From: an uncultured Verrucomicrobiae bacterium
Lineage (GTDB): Bacteria > Verrucomicrobiota > Verrucomicrobiia > Limisphaerales > Palsa-1400
Assembly: GCA_963707025.1 (NCBI GenBank)
Contig: CAVPOM010000018.1
Location: 544,001-608,000 of the forward strand
Direction of reading: 5' to 3'
DNA length: 64,000 bases
Shown here: piece after piece, positions 1 through 8,474 of the stretch
Layout of the letters: each line of letters opens with the position of its first letter
Numbering within the stretch: the stretch's first letter is position 1
Notes under the pieces: generated by a model
Databases searched by the model: none
What the model was told of the DNA's origin: nothing
Seen by the model: only the letters and a program-made list of their open reading frames with translations
Made by a program: the position numbers and the translations under genes

Positions 1-1560
1 GCCGCCGCCGCCGCCCTGCAGGCGGTCAAGCCGAAGGTGGACGATTATTTCGGCCGCTGCCGGGTGGCGGCCTTTGATCCGCGCGCTCTCGACATTCTCA
101 ATCGCACCAAGGAGGAATACCTTCCCATGGCCGCGCACGAACTGACCATAGACGCCAGCGAACTGGCCGCCTTCCCGCTCGCCCAGGTCGCCCCCGGAAA
201 GGCCTTGCCCCTCAGGGCCGCTCTCAATCCGGCCCGCGCCGCCGCCGTCACCGCCCTGTTGACCGCCGCCGTGCAACCGCTGCTCGGCGACCGCTCTGAA
301 TTGACCGAGGCTGACTGGGCGGCCCTGCAAGGCAAGCTGGCCGCCTACCAAGCCTGGCAGGCCGCCAAGGCCGGCGGCGCGGTGGAAAAACTCGGCGTCG
401 CCCGCGTCCGCGCCTTGCTCGCCGGCCCGGCCCGCGCCGGCGTCAACGCCCTCATCGCCAGGGACAAGGCGTTGGAGGCCGAAGCGGCCAACGTGGCCAA
501 TGTCGAAAAACTTCTGCGCTACGTGCGCGACCTCGGCCTGCTCTGCCGCAATTTCGTCAACTTCAGCGACCTCTACGTCGCGGGCGGTCCGGCCATTTTC
601 CAGTGCGGCGCGCTTTACCTGGACCAGCGCGCCTGTTTCCTATGTCTGACAGTGGAGGACGCCTGCCGGCACGCCTCCATGGCCGGGCTTTCCGGCGCCT
701 ATCTGGCTTATTGCGATTGCGTGCGCAAAGGCACGGGCGACAAGCTCGGCATCGTCGCCGTCGTTTCCCAGGGGGACGATGAAAACCTCATGGTCGGGCG
801 CAACGGCGTCTTCTACGACCGCAAGGGGCGCGATTACGACGCCACCATCACCAAAATTGTCGCCAGCCCCATCAGCCTGCGGCAGGCCTTTTGGTCGCCC
901 TATAAAAAAATGGTCCGCACGATCGAGGAATACATCGCCAAGCGCGCCGCCAGCGCGGACGCCGACATCCAAACGCAGTTGGCCAACGTCGCGACCGCGG
1001 CGCCGGCCGCCGGGACGCCGGCCAAGCCGTTGTTCGACCCCAGCGTCATCGCGTTGTTGAGCCTGGCGGTCGGCAGTCTGGCCGCGGGCGCGGCCACCGT
1101 GCTGGCCTTCCTCGGCAAAGTCCCGCCGGCGTTGCTGCCCCTCGTGCTGGGGGGCATTGCGCTGGTCGTCTCCGGCCCGTCGCTGCTCCTGGCCTTCATC
1201 AAGTTGCGCAAACGCAACCTCGGCCCTATCCTTGACGCCAATGGCTGGGCCATCAACGCCAAGGCCAAAATCAACGTGCCCTTTGGCGAACGCCTGACCG
1301 CCCTCGCCAAACTGCCCGACGGCGCCAGCCTCAACTCCACTGACCGCTATGCCGAGAAACGGGTCCTTTGGCCAAAATTCGCCGCCGCCGCCCTCTTTCT
1401 TATCTGGATTTACGCTCTCCTGGATTACTCGGGCATTCTTTTCCGCCTGACCAAGGACTGGGAAACCCCGCTCGGCTCGCCGCCGTCCAATTACAGATCC
1501 AATACCAACGCGCCGCCGCCGGCCGCCTCGCTGCCTTCGACCAACGCCCCGGCCAAATAA
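1..1560 (+). CDS. Conserved hypothetical membrane protein, 5'-truncated by the window edge
   Basis: Reading frame is open from base 1 to TAA at 1560. Soluble N-part (LYLDQRACFLCL, GRNGVFYDRKGRDYDATITKI) followed by about three hydrophobic helices. Confidence 0.8.
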   Translation, partial: AAAAALQAVKPKVDDYFGRCRVAAFDPRALDILNRTKEEYLPMAAHELTIDASELAAFPLAQVAPGKALPLRAALNPARAAAVTALLTAAVQPLLGDRSELTEADWAALQGKLAAYQAWQAAKAGGAVEKLGVARVRALLAGPARAGVNALIARDKALEAEAANVANVEKLLRYVRDLGLLCRNFVNFSDLYVAGGPAIFQCGALYLDQRACFLCLTVEDACRHASMAGLSGAYLAYCDCVRKGTGDKLGIVAVVSQGDDENLMVGRNGVFYDRKGRDYDATITKIVASPISLRQAFWSPYKKMVRTIEEYIAKRAASADADIQTQLANVATAAPAAGTPAKPLFDPSVIALLSLAVGSLAAGAATVLAFLGKVPPALLPLVLGGIALVVSGPSLLLAFIKLRKRNLGPILDANGWAINAKAKINVPFGERLTALAKLPDGASLNSTDRYAEKRVLWPKFAAAALFLIWIYALLDYSGILFRLTKDWETPLGSPPSNYRSNTNAPPPAASLPSTNAPAK

Positions 1561-1579
1561 ACAGCCCCCCGCCAACACT

Positions 1580-2536
1580 ATGGCCCTTAAGATTCCCGAT
1601 GAATTGAAAGCCGATGTTCCGCAGTCCGCCTGGGGAAAGGTCCTGGCGGGCACGCCCGTCATCATGGCGGTCATCGCCACCCTCCTGGCCGGTCTGGCCT
1701 CCAGCGAAATGACCCGCGCCCAATATGACCGGTCCCTGGCGGCCCAGGAGCAGAACAAAGCCAGCGACGAATGGAACTTTTTCCAGGGCAAGCGCCTGCG
1801 CGGAGCCTTCCAGCTCAACACCCTCGATCTCCTGCAACAAGTCACCTCCGTCCCGCCCCTGGACTTGCCGTCCCTCAGAACCGCGTCGCAAAACGCCGGG
1901 CTGGCGCCGGAGGTCAAGTCCACCCTGTCCGATATGCTTGACTCGGCGGCCGGACGCCAGGCGCTGAGCGCCCTGCAGCAGGGCGGCCTGCCGGTCCCGC
2001 CCCCCGCGGTCGCGCTCAACCCCGATCTCCAGGCCGCCGTGGCGGCCCTGGAGGCCTCCCGCCCGGAAGCGGAGATCACGCGGCTGGCCGGCCGGGTCAG
2101 TCCTCAAGCCATTGACGACGCCCTGGCGGCGGCGGCCGACGCCGGGGGCAAATTCGACGCCGCTGTCAAACCCATTAACACCACGGTGGACCGCCTCAAT
2201 GATGTGATCGCCCGCGCGGCCGGCCTGGGGCCGGAGCGGCAGGCCTTTGCCGCCGCGCGGCTGCGCTTCACCGCCGCGCGCTACGAAGCCGAGGCCCGCT
2301 TCAACCAGACCGTCGGCTACCTTTATGAACTGAAGGTGCGCCAAAGCAATCTCTCCGCCGACCACCACCACGCCCGCAGCCAGCGGTTCTTCTACGGAAT
2401 GCTCGGGGCGCAGGCGGCGGTCATCATCGCGACTCTGGCCATGGCCTCGCGCCAGCGCAACCTGCTCTGGTCCTTGGCGGCCCTGGCGGGGCTGGTGGCG
2501 GTGGCGCTGGCCCTTTACGTCTATTTCTGCTTTTAG
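1580..2536 (+). CDS. DUF4337-like membrane protein
   Basis: N-terminal TM helix, QNKASDEWNFFQGK motif and two C-terminal TM helices, as in DUF4337. Starts 19 bp after the upstream gene. Confidence 0.65.
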   Translation: MALKIPDELKADVPQSAWGKVLAGTPVIMAVIATLLAGLASSEMTRAQYDRSLAAQEQNKASDEWNFFQGKRLRGAFQLNTLDLLQQVTSVPPLDLPSLRTASQNAGLAPEVKSTLSDMLDSAAGRQALSALQQGGLPVPPPAVALNPDLQAAVAALEASRPEAEITRLAGRVSPQAIDDALAAAADAGGKFDAAVKPINTTVDRLNDVIARAAGLGPERQAFAAARLRFTAARYEAEARFNQTVGYLYELKVRQSNLSADHHHARSQRFFYGMLGAQAAVIIATLAMASRQRNLLWSLAALAGLVAVALALYVYFCF

Positions 2537-2603
2537 CCGCCAGCCTGAGCGCCATTGCGGCAAAATTCCACAGCACCACTCGGAACCGCTCGTTCCGTGC
2601 CCT

Positions 2604-2627
2604 GTAGCGGCGGTCTATGACCGTCGC
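2604..2627 (+). repeat. GTAG-type REP-like hairpin
   Basis: GTAGCGGCGGTC-TAT-GACCGTCGC: GTAG tetranucleotide followed by a palindrome. Confidence 0.55.
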
Positions 2628-2963
2628 CAATCCATTCCTTCGTTGGCTTCTGTTCGCATTCGGGTGCCGTCCGTTCCCCATGATTTTGCCCGGGGATGAT
2701 TTTGCCTTCGAAGCGGCAGGGATGGCGGCGGGATCTTGAACGCAAAGGCACAGCGCGGCTGACGCCGCAACCAAAGCGTTGAGCCCGAATTGAAAATTTG
2801 TCATTGAGGATTTCTCATTTGTCATTCGGAAGGGTGGTTCTGAAAATTTTGCCATGCATGCGCAATTCTTGTGGATAGCACTCCAAGGGCCCAAAGGCGC
2901 AATCCCGATTCGGAATCGGGATGGCGTCTTGGCGACTTGGCGATGAAAGGTGTTTCTTTTCCA

Positions 2964-2991
2964 TTGACAGCCCCACTTTATATGCTAAAAT
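2964..2991 (+). promoter_or_regulatory. Sigma70-type promoter with extended -10
   Basis: TTGACA (2964-2969), 16 nt spacer ending in TGC, then TAAAAT (2986-2991). Confidence 0.55.
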
Positions 2992-3219
2992 TCGCATAGT
3001 GAGGACGGGAAAGGCAAAAGTGGCATCAGACGGCGGCGGGACCAGGATGGGATTCCCCCATTTATCATCCGGCTTTGGCCGCGCCGACGCCAGCTCTCCA
3101 CCACTCCCTCGCTCCGTTCCCCGCGCTCGCTCTTTGGCGACGGCGGATGTTTCAACCACGGCCGCAGGCTTGGCGAAGGCGCTTTTCCCCCTGATCGGTA
3201 TCGTAATCACCGAGCTTCC

Positions 3220-3291
3220 CATTCTGCATTTTGCATTTTGCATTCTGCATTGCCCCTCCAGCCGGTCAAACCGGTCAAACCCAGTCAAACC
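3220..3291. repeat. Short tandem repeats (CATTYTG)x4 and (CCGGTCAAA)x~3
   Basis: Directly visible tandem units in an intergenic region. Confidence 0.85.
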
Positions 3292-3374
3292 ATCTTTTGA
3301 ACCGTGACCACCTTGACCATGAACCGCCACCCGTGGCGCCCCACGGTCCGATTGCATCCGTTCGGTTCTTCGAC

Positions 3375-3443
3375 TTCAATAAAATAAAAGTTGACTTTAA
3401 TAAAATGAAGTATAAAATGAAACCATAATTTAACTTTATTCAA
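3375..3443 (+). promoter_or_regulatory. AT-rich promoter/operator of the DUF2089 gene
   Basis: TTGACT (3391-3396), 16 nt, TAAAAT (3413-3418), overlapped by repeats TTCAATAAAATAAA / TTTAATAAAATGAA / TATAAAATGAA. Confidence 0.55.
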
Positions 3444-3767
3444 ATGGATACTCAGTCAAAAACGCGCTGGATTGATTTTGTGGAGGAGGAGGATTTGGCC
3501 TTTATCAAACGCTTCCTCCTGTTTTCCGGGTCGCTCAAGGACTTGGCCGAAGCCTACAAGGTCAGCTACCCGACGTTGCGCCTGCGCCTGGACCGGTTGA
3601 TTGGCAAGATCAAGGTCCTGGACGATCAGACCATTGAGGATGATTTTGAGCGGCTGCTGCGCGCTCATTTTGCCGAAGGAAACATCGAGGCGGCCAGCTT
3701 CAAACGCCTGCTGGCCGCCTACCAAAACCAGAAAGACCATGCTCATGAACAAAATCCCAAGCTTTAG
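3444..3767 (+). CDS. DUF2089 family HTH protein (putative transcriptional regulator)
   Basis: EEDLAFIKRFLLFSGSLKDLAEAYKVSYPTLRLRLDRLI is the DUF2089 signature. Confidence 0.85.
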   Translation: MDTQSKTRWIDFVEEEDLAFIKRFLLFSGSLKDLAEAYKVSYPTLRLRLDRLIGKIKVLDDQTIEDDFERLLRAHFAEGNIEAASFKRLLAAYQNQKDHAHEQNPKL

Positions 3768-5106
3768 CTTCTTTTTGATCTGCGCCCTGGCCGTTTCCGC
3801 GCAGGAAACGGTTTCGGAATTCAGTTGGGACAAGGAGTCCGCCAAGCCGTCCTCACCCTTGGCGGGGCTGGCCACCGACGACGGACGCGCCTGCCTGAAA
3901 ATTGTGAGCCGGAACTCGCCAAACCAAACAATTCAACTGCTGGTCATCACCAACCCGGCGGTGTCGGCGCGATTTTACGGCGTGAGCGGCGAAGTCAAAT
4001 ACGACATGACGGACGGCAGCGGTTATCTGGAAATGTGGAATGGTTTCGGGACCAATCGTTATTTCACCCGGGCGCTCGGGGAGACCGGGCCGATGCGGAA
4101 GATCGCGGGAAAATCGGACTGGCGGCCGTTCCTTCTGCCTTTCGATCGCCGCGGCGCTTCCAACGCTCCCACGCAGTTGGATCTGAACTTGGTCCTCAAT
4201 GGCCGGGGTGAAGTGCTGGTCGGCCCGCTCAAACTGGTTCAATATCCCCAAGCCAACAGCGTGCAGGAGATCCTCTTCCCGGCCGCCGGGGCCGCGGAGA
4301 AGGAGGCCACGGTGCGCCCAACTCCCGTGACCGTGGATGGCCGTTCCTGCCTGAAAGTTGAAAACACCACCGGCCTTCCCGTGCAAGTCCACTTGGCCAC
4401 GCTGACCAATCCCGCCGTGACCGGACGCTTCTACTCCGTCAGCGGCGAAATCAAATATGACGGCGTGGAAGGGGACGGTTACTTGGAAATGTGGAGCGTG
4501 TTTCCCAGTGGACGATATTTCTCGCGCGGGCTGGAACCCGCCGGCCCGATGGGCAAGATCAGCCGCACTTCGGGCTGGAAGCCGTTCCTCCTGCCATTCG
4601 ACAGCAAGGGGGTCGGGGAAAAGCCCACGCAACTGGAGGTTAACCTGGCGTTGCCCGGCCGCGGCACCGTTTATGTCGGCCCAATCAAGTTTGCCGAAAA
4701 TCCCGAATGGAACAAATACCCCGACTCCGCCGGGATCGCCGCCGTCGTCCGGCAGGAGCTTTATTCCTCCGGCTGGTGGAGTTTCCTCATCGCTTGGAAG
4801 GCGACCCGGACCGGACTCCCATTGATCCTGGTTCTGGCCTGCCTGACCGGCTGGCTGGCCCACAAAGGCAAGGCCCGCGGGTTTGTCATGGCGGCGACGG
4901 GCGCCGGCTCGGCGCTCGGCGTGCTGGCGGCGCTGGCCGCCGTGGCCGCGCCGGTGGCGGGCCAGCCGTGGTGGGTTTGGTTCCCGGCCGGCTTTTTCGG
5001 CATTGTCCTGCTGGCGATTTTCCCCTGGCAAATGTGGCGTTATCGCAAGCGCTACGGGGCCTTGGAATTGCGCCGCATGGCTTCGCTGGACCAGTTGCGA
5101 GTTTAA
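3745..5106 (+). CDS. Exported, membrane-anchored protein with two tandem ~120-aa beta-rich domains and three C-terminal TM helices
   Basis: Signal peptide MNKIPSFSFFLICALAVSA; duplicated GYLEMW...RYF...GPM.KI...W.PFLLPFD block; overlaps the end of DUF2089. Confidence 0.8.
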   Translation: MNKIPSFSFFLICALAVSAQETVSEFSWDKESAKPSSPLAGLATDDGRACLKIVSRNSPNQTIQLLVITNPAVSARFYGVSGEVKYDMTDGSGYLEMWNGFGTNRYFTRALGETGPMRKIAGKSDWRPFLLPFDRRGASNAPTQLDLNLVLNGRGEVLVGPLKLVQYPQANSVQEILFPAAGAAEKEATVRPTPVTVDGRSCLKVENTTGLPVQVHLATLTNPAVTGRFYSVSGEIKYDGVEGDGYLEMWSVFPSGRYFSRGLEPAGPMGKISRTSGWKPFLLPFDSKGVGEKPTQLEVNLALPGRGTVYVGPIKFAENPEWNKYPDSAGIAAVVRQELYSSGWWSFLIAWKATRTGLPLILVLACLTGWLAHKGKARGFVMAATGAGSALGVLAALAAVAAPVAGQPWWVWFPAGFFGIVLLAIFPWQMWRYRKRYGALELRRMASLDQLRV

Positions 5107-5170
5107 CGGGCGCAGGAACCGGCCCAAATCTATGGTTGTATTTTGCTGTCGAGATGACAAAATGGGGTGC

Positions 5171-5992
5171 ATGAAACTGAAATGGATGCTGCCGGCGTTG
5201 CTGGCTGTTGCCGCCTTGGCCGCTTCCGCCCAGGATTGGGCCAAGGCCAGGCTGGAAAAATCGCCGCGCCACGGCGAATGGGTCACGGTGACCAACGGCG
5301 CGCGCGCCGTGCAATGCTGGGTGGTCTATCCTGAAGTCAAGGACAAGGCCACGGCGGTGGTGCTCATCCATGAAATCTTCGGCCTGACCGATTGGGCGCG
5401 CAACGCGGCCGATGAGGTGGCGGCGGCGGGCTGCATCGCCATCGCGCCGGACCTCCTTTCGGGCGCAGGCCCCGCTGGCGGCAAGACCAGCGATTTTCCC
5501 AACCAAAGCGCGGCCGTGGCGGCGGTGGGCAGGCTGCCCAACAATCAGGTCACTGGCGATCTGAATGCGGCGGCGGATTACGTCAAGGCGCTCCCCTCCG
5601 CCAATGGCAAAGTCGTGGTGGGCGGTTTTTGCTGGGGTGGAAGCCAGTCGTTTCGCTTTGCCTGCAGCCGGCCCGACTTGAAGGCCGCCTTCGTTTTTTA
5701 CGGCGGCCCTCCCGCCGCCGCGGACATGGAAAAAATCCAGTGTCCGGTCTATGGCTTTTACGGCGGCAACGACGGGCGGGTCACGCTGACGGTCAATGGG
5801 CCGGCCACCGCCACCTTTACCAACGCGGTGGAGCTGATGAAGAAAGCCAGTAAAACTTATGAGCCGGTCATTTACGAGGGGGCCGGGCACGGATTCATGC
5901 GGGGCGGCGAAGACCCGGCCGGCCGCGAGGCGGACAAGAAGGCCCATGACGACGCCTGGGTCCGCTGGAAGGAATTGCTGAAGAAGATTTGA
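5171..5992 (+). CDS. Dienelactone hydrolase family protein (exported)
   Basis: IHEIFGL, GFCWGG nucleophile motif, YEGAGHGF; signal peptide. Confidence 0.92.
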   Translation: MKLKWMLPALLAVAALAASAQDWAKARLEKSPRHGEWVTVTNGARAVQCWVVYPEVKDKATAVVLIHEIFGLTDWARNAADEVAAAGCIAIAPDLLSGAGPAGGKTSDFPNQSAAVAAVGRLPNNQVTGDLNAAADYVKALPSANGKVVVGGFCWGGSQSFRFACSRPDLKAAFVFYGGPPAAADMEKIQCPVYGFYGGNDGRVTLTVNGPATATFTNAVELMKKASKTYEPVIYEGAGHGFMRGGEDPAGREADKKAHDDAWVRWKELLKKI

Positions 5993-5998
5993 AGCTGA

Positions 5999-6046
5999 GA
6001 TTACGATTAAGATTAAGATTAAGATTACGATTAAGATTAGGTTTAG
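5999..6046. repeat. Hexamer tandem repeat (GATTAV)x7-8
   Basis: GATTAC GATTAA GATTAA GATTAA GATTAC GATTAA GATTAG GTTTAG. Confidence 0.9.
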
Positions 6047-6077
6047 CCTCCACGCCAATATTTTGGCGGGCACTGGG

Positions 6078-6192
6078 ACCATGAACCTGCCGCTGTTTGA
6101 CAGACCTCGGTGAAACAAACCGTGTCCGTCTGCTGTTCCCTTGCCCTATCCGATGGGAGGGGAGAGGGTTAGGGTGAGGTGAGGTTTCATGG
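6078..6192. repeat. Small intergenic element with inverted ends and an internal hairpin
   Basis: CCATGAACC at the left end and GGTTTCATGG at the right end; internal CCCTATCCGATGGGAGGGGAGAGGGTTAGGGTGAGG. Confidence 0.4.
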
Positions 6193-6248
6193 AAAGGGCC
6201 AGCAAGCTGGCGGTTGCGGATTGCGCAAGGTGGGGCATCATGTCGGGT

Positions 6249-6543
6249 ATGGCAGCCGATTATTTGACAACGAATGAGGCGGGAATTTGCCTGGCGGTGA
6301 AACTGGCAGCCGCGCGCCGCCAGGAATGAGATCGGGCCTCCTCTGGGCCGGGAGATCAAGATCAAAGTGACGGCGCCGCCCGTGGAGGGAGCGGCCAACG
6401 AGGCGCTCATCCATTTTCTGGCGGAGACGCTGGGCTGCCCGCGGTCGGCGGTGCGCATTGTTCGCGGCCAGACTTCACGGCACAAGACGGTGGCGGTGGC
6501 CGGGGTGGGCGCGGCGGAGGCTCTGGCCAGGCTGCAGGTTTAA
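6249..6543 (+). CDS. DUF167/YggU family protein with a +1 frameshift near 6306 (probable sequence error)
   Basis: MAADYLTTNEAGICLAVKL/QPRAARNEIGPPLGREIKIKVTAPPVEGAANEALIHFLAETLGCPRSAVRIVRGQTSRHK. Absent from the ORF track because of one extra G. Confidence 0.85.
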
Positions 6544-7334
6544 AGTTTATGAAAAAATCGGACGGCGGTGGCGGCGGTGGCGGCGCTGAGTTCTTCGAGG
6601 GAACATTTTCTTGCCTCGGCGGCGACGCGGGAAATCTCGCTGACATAAGCCGGCTCGCAACGCTTGCCCCGATGGGGCACGGGGGCCAGGAACGGGCAAT
6701 CGGTTTCCAACATGAATTGATCCAGCGGCGTGGCGGCCAGGCTTTCCCGGACGTTGGCGCCGTTTTTAAAGGTGAGGATTCCAGTGTAACTGACCAGGGA
6801 GCCGAGCGCGAGCACCTGGCGCAATCTTTCCACGCTTTCCGAAAAACAATGGAACACGCCCCGCAGTTTTCCGGCGAAGGGCTGCACTTGCGCCAGGGTG
6901 TCGGCAAAGGCATCGCGTTGATGGATGATGCAGTTCAAGCCCAATTCCACCGCCACTTCCATCTGCTGACCGAAGAGTTCGGCTTGCCTGCTTTTGTAAC
7001 GCGCCAGCTCGCCGGATTCCCGGGGCGCGCGATGGTAATCCAGCCCGGTCTCCCCGATGGCCACGACCCTGGGATGGACCGCCAGTTGGCGCAGGGCGGG
7101 GCGGATGTCCGGCGGGGCGCCGCTGACATGCGCGGGATGCCAGCCGACGGCGGCGAAAACGGCCGGAAAACGTTCGGCGATGGCCACGGCCCGCCGGCTG
7201 CTCTCCAGGTCGGTGCCGATGGAAATGATTTTGGTGATGCCGGCGGCCTGGGCGCGGGCCACCACCTCGGGCAGATCGGCGGCGAAATCCGGGAAATCGA
7301 GGTGCGCGTGGGTGTCGTAAAAAATGGGCGTCAT
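6540..7334 (-). CDS. tatD: TatD family hydrolase/nuclease
   Basis: DTHAHL, AVGWHP, AIGETGLDY, IIHQR, GVFHCF, METDCPFLAP-type motifs. Confidence 0.95.
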   Translation of the reverse strand: MTPIFYDTHAHLDFPDFAADLPEVVARAQAAGITKIISIGTDLESSRRAVAIAERFPAVFAAVGWHPAHVSGAPPDIRPALRQLAVHPRVVAIGETGLDYHRAPRESGELARYKSRQAELFGQQMEVAVELGLNCIIHQRDAFADTLAQVQPFAGKLRGVFHCFSESVERLRQVLALGSLVSYTGILTFKNGANVRESLAATPLDQFMLETDCPFLAPVPHRGKRCEPAYVSEISRVAAEARKCSLEELSAATAATAVRFFHKL

Positions 7335-7413
7335 TTGTCCTCGGCAAATTAATTTGCCCTGGCCGGAAAAACAAGGGCTTGCATTGCCATGCAAAATGAA
7401 GGAAAAGGAGAAC

Positions 7414-8454
7414 ATGCCTGAAACCTGTTTCCATCCCAGCCTGGAGGGCGCCCAGCACGGCGCGAAATCTTTGACCGAGTTTTTGGATTATGCGCGGGCC
7501 AGCGGCGCGGCGGGCGCCCAGCCTTCCAACTTCATGCTGGAGAAGGGCAAGCGGTTCAAAAGCCCGGAGGAGATCAAGGAGGCTTTTGCCAGCCGCGGCC
7601 TGGCGCTGGACGGCATTTCGGCCCACTGCCCCTTTTGGGTTCACACCACCGCCTGGACCGACAGCCCGACGGTGCGCCCGTTTCTGCCGCCGGAGGTGGC
7701 GCAAAAATCGGCCACCGACATCGAGCAATGGAGCGAGGATTATCTGATGCGGCTGATGAACCTGGCGGCGGCGCTGGGGGTCAAGATCGTGCCCATGTTC
7801 TGGGGCGTGGCCTTTGGATGGGAACTGGCCACCGGCTATCCCTGGGGCTTTTGGAAGGGAGGCGATTACGATCTGCTGGCGCGGGGCCGGGAAAGGTTTG
7901 TCAAGAAGACGGAGCGGCTGCGCGCCCGCGCCAACAAGCTGGGCATCTATCTGGCCCACGAAATCCATCCCGGCACCGCCGCGATGTGCGCGGACGATTT
8001 CAACATGCTGGCGCAAATTTGCGACGGCGACAAATGCCTCACGGTCAACGCCGACCCGTCCCATTGCTGGGAGGGGGAGGACTGGGAGACGCGCTTTCTG
8101 AAGGTGGCGCCGCGCATTTACGCCTGCCACGTCAAGAATATCGTCATCCGCCGCGGCCTGCCCTTGCGCATGATGGAGCCGGCCTGGCAGAAGCGGGCCA
8201 TGCAGTTTGTGGACATTTCCTCGGGCGAATTGAACATGACGCGCTACGTGGAATTGCTGGTGCAGGCCGGTTATCCGCAGCGCTACTGCGCGGTGATGGG
8301 GACAAAAACCGCGCCGCTGGTGGTGGAGGCGGAGAGCGCCTATCGCGACCTGGACGCGGCCAGCGCGGACGGCGTCGCCTATGTGCGCGACCGGCTTTGC
8401 TTCCCGCTGGCCCAAGGCTCCTTTGAAGAGGGCATGGGCACGGCCAAGGTTTGA
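7414..8454 (+). CDS. Sugar phosphate isomerase/epimerase (xylose-isomerase-like TIM barrel)
   Basis: HEIHPGT, NADPSH, YACHVK and VEAE metal-ligand motifs; AAGGAG RBS before the ATG. Confidence 0.85.
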   Translation: MPETCFHPSLEGAQHGAKSLTEFLDYARASGAAGAQPSNFMLEKGKRFKSPEEIKEAFASRGLALDGISAHCPFWVHTTAWTDSPTVRPFLPPEVAQKSATDIEQWSEDYLMRLMNLAAALGVKIVPMFWGVAFGWELATGYPWGFWKGGDYDLLARGRERFVKKTERLRARANKLGIYLAHEIHPGTAAMCADDFNMLAQICDGDKCLTVNADPSHCWEGEDWETRFLKVAPRIYACHVKNIVIRRGLPLRMMEPAWQKRAMQFVDISSGELNMTRYVELLVQAGYPQRYCAVMGTKTAPLVVEAESAYRDLDAASADGVAYVRDRLCFPLAQGSFEEGMGTAKV

Positions 8455-8474
8455 GGCTCGAGCTGCCGTGCGCT

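Noticed and set aside
2995..3220. Known riboswitch or tRNA
   Set aside because: No recognisable aptamer core or cloverleaf by eye; kept only as an unknown-transcript candidate.
5999..6046. CRISPR array (also considered for the other short repeat tracts)
   Set aside because: Units are 6-9 bp with no unique spacers, and there are no cas genes.
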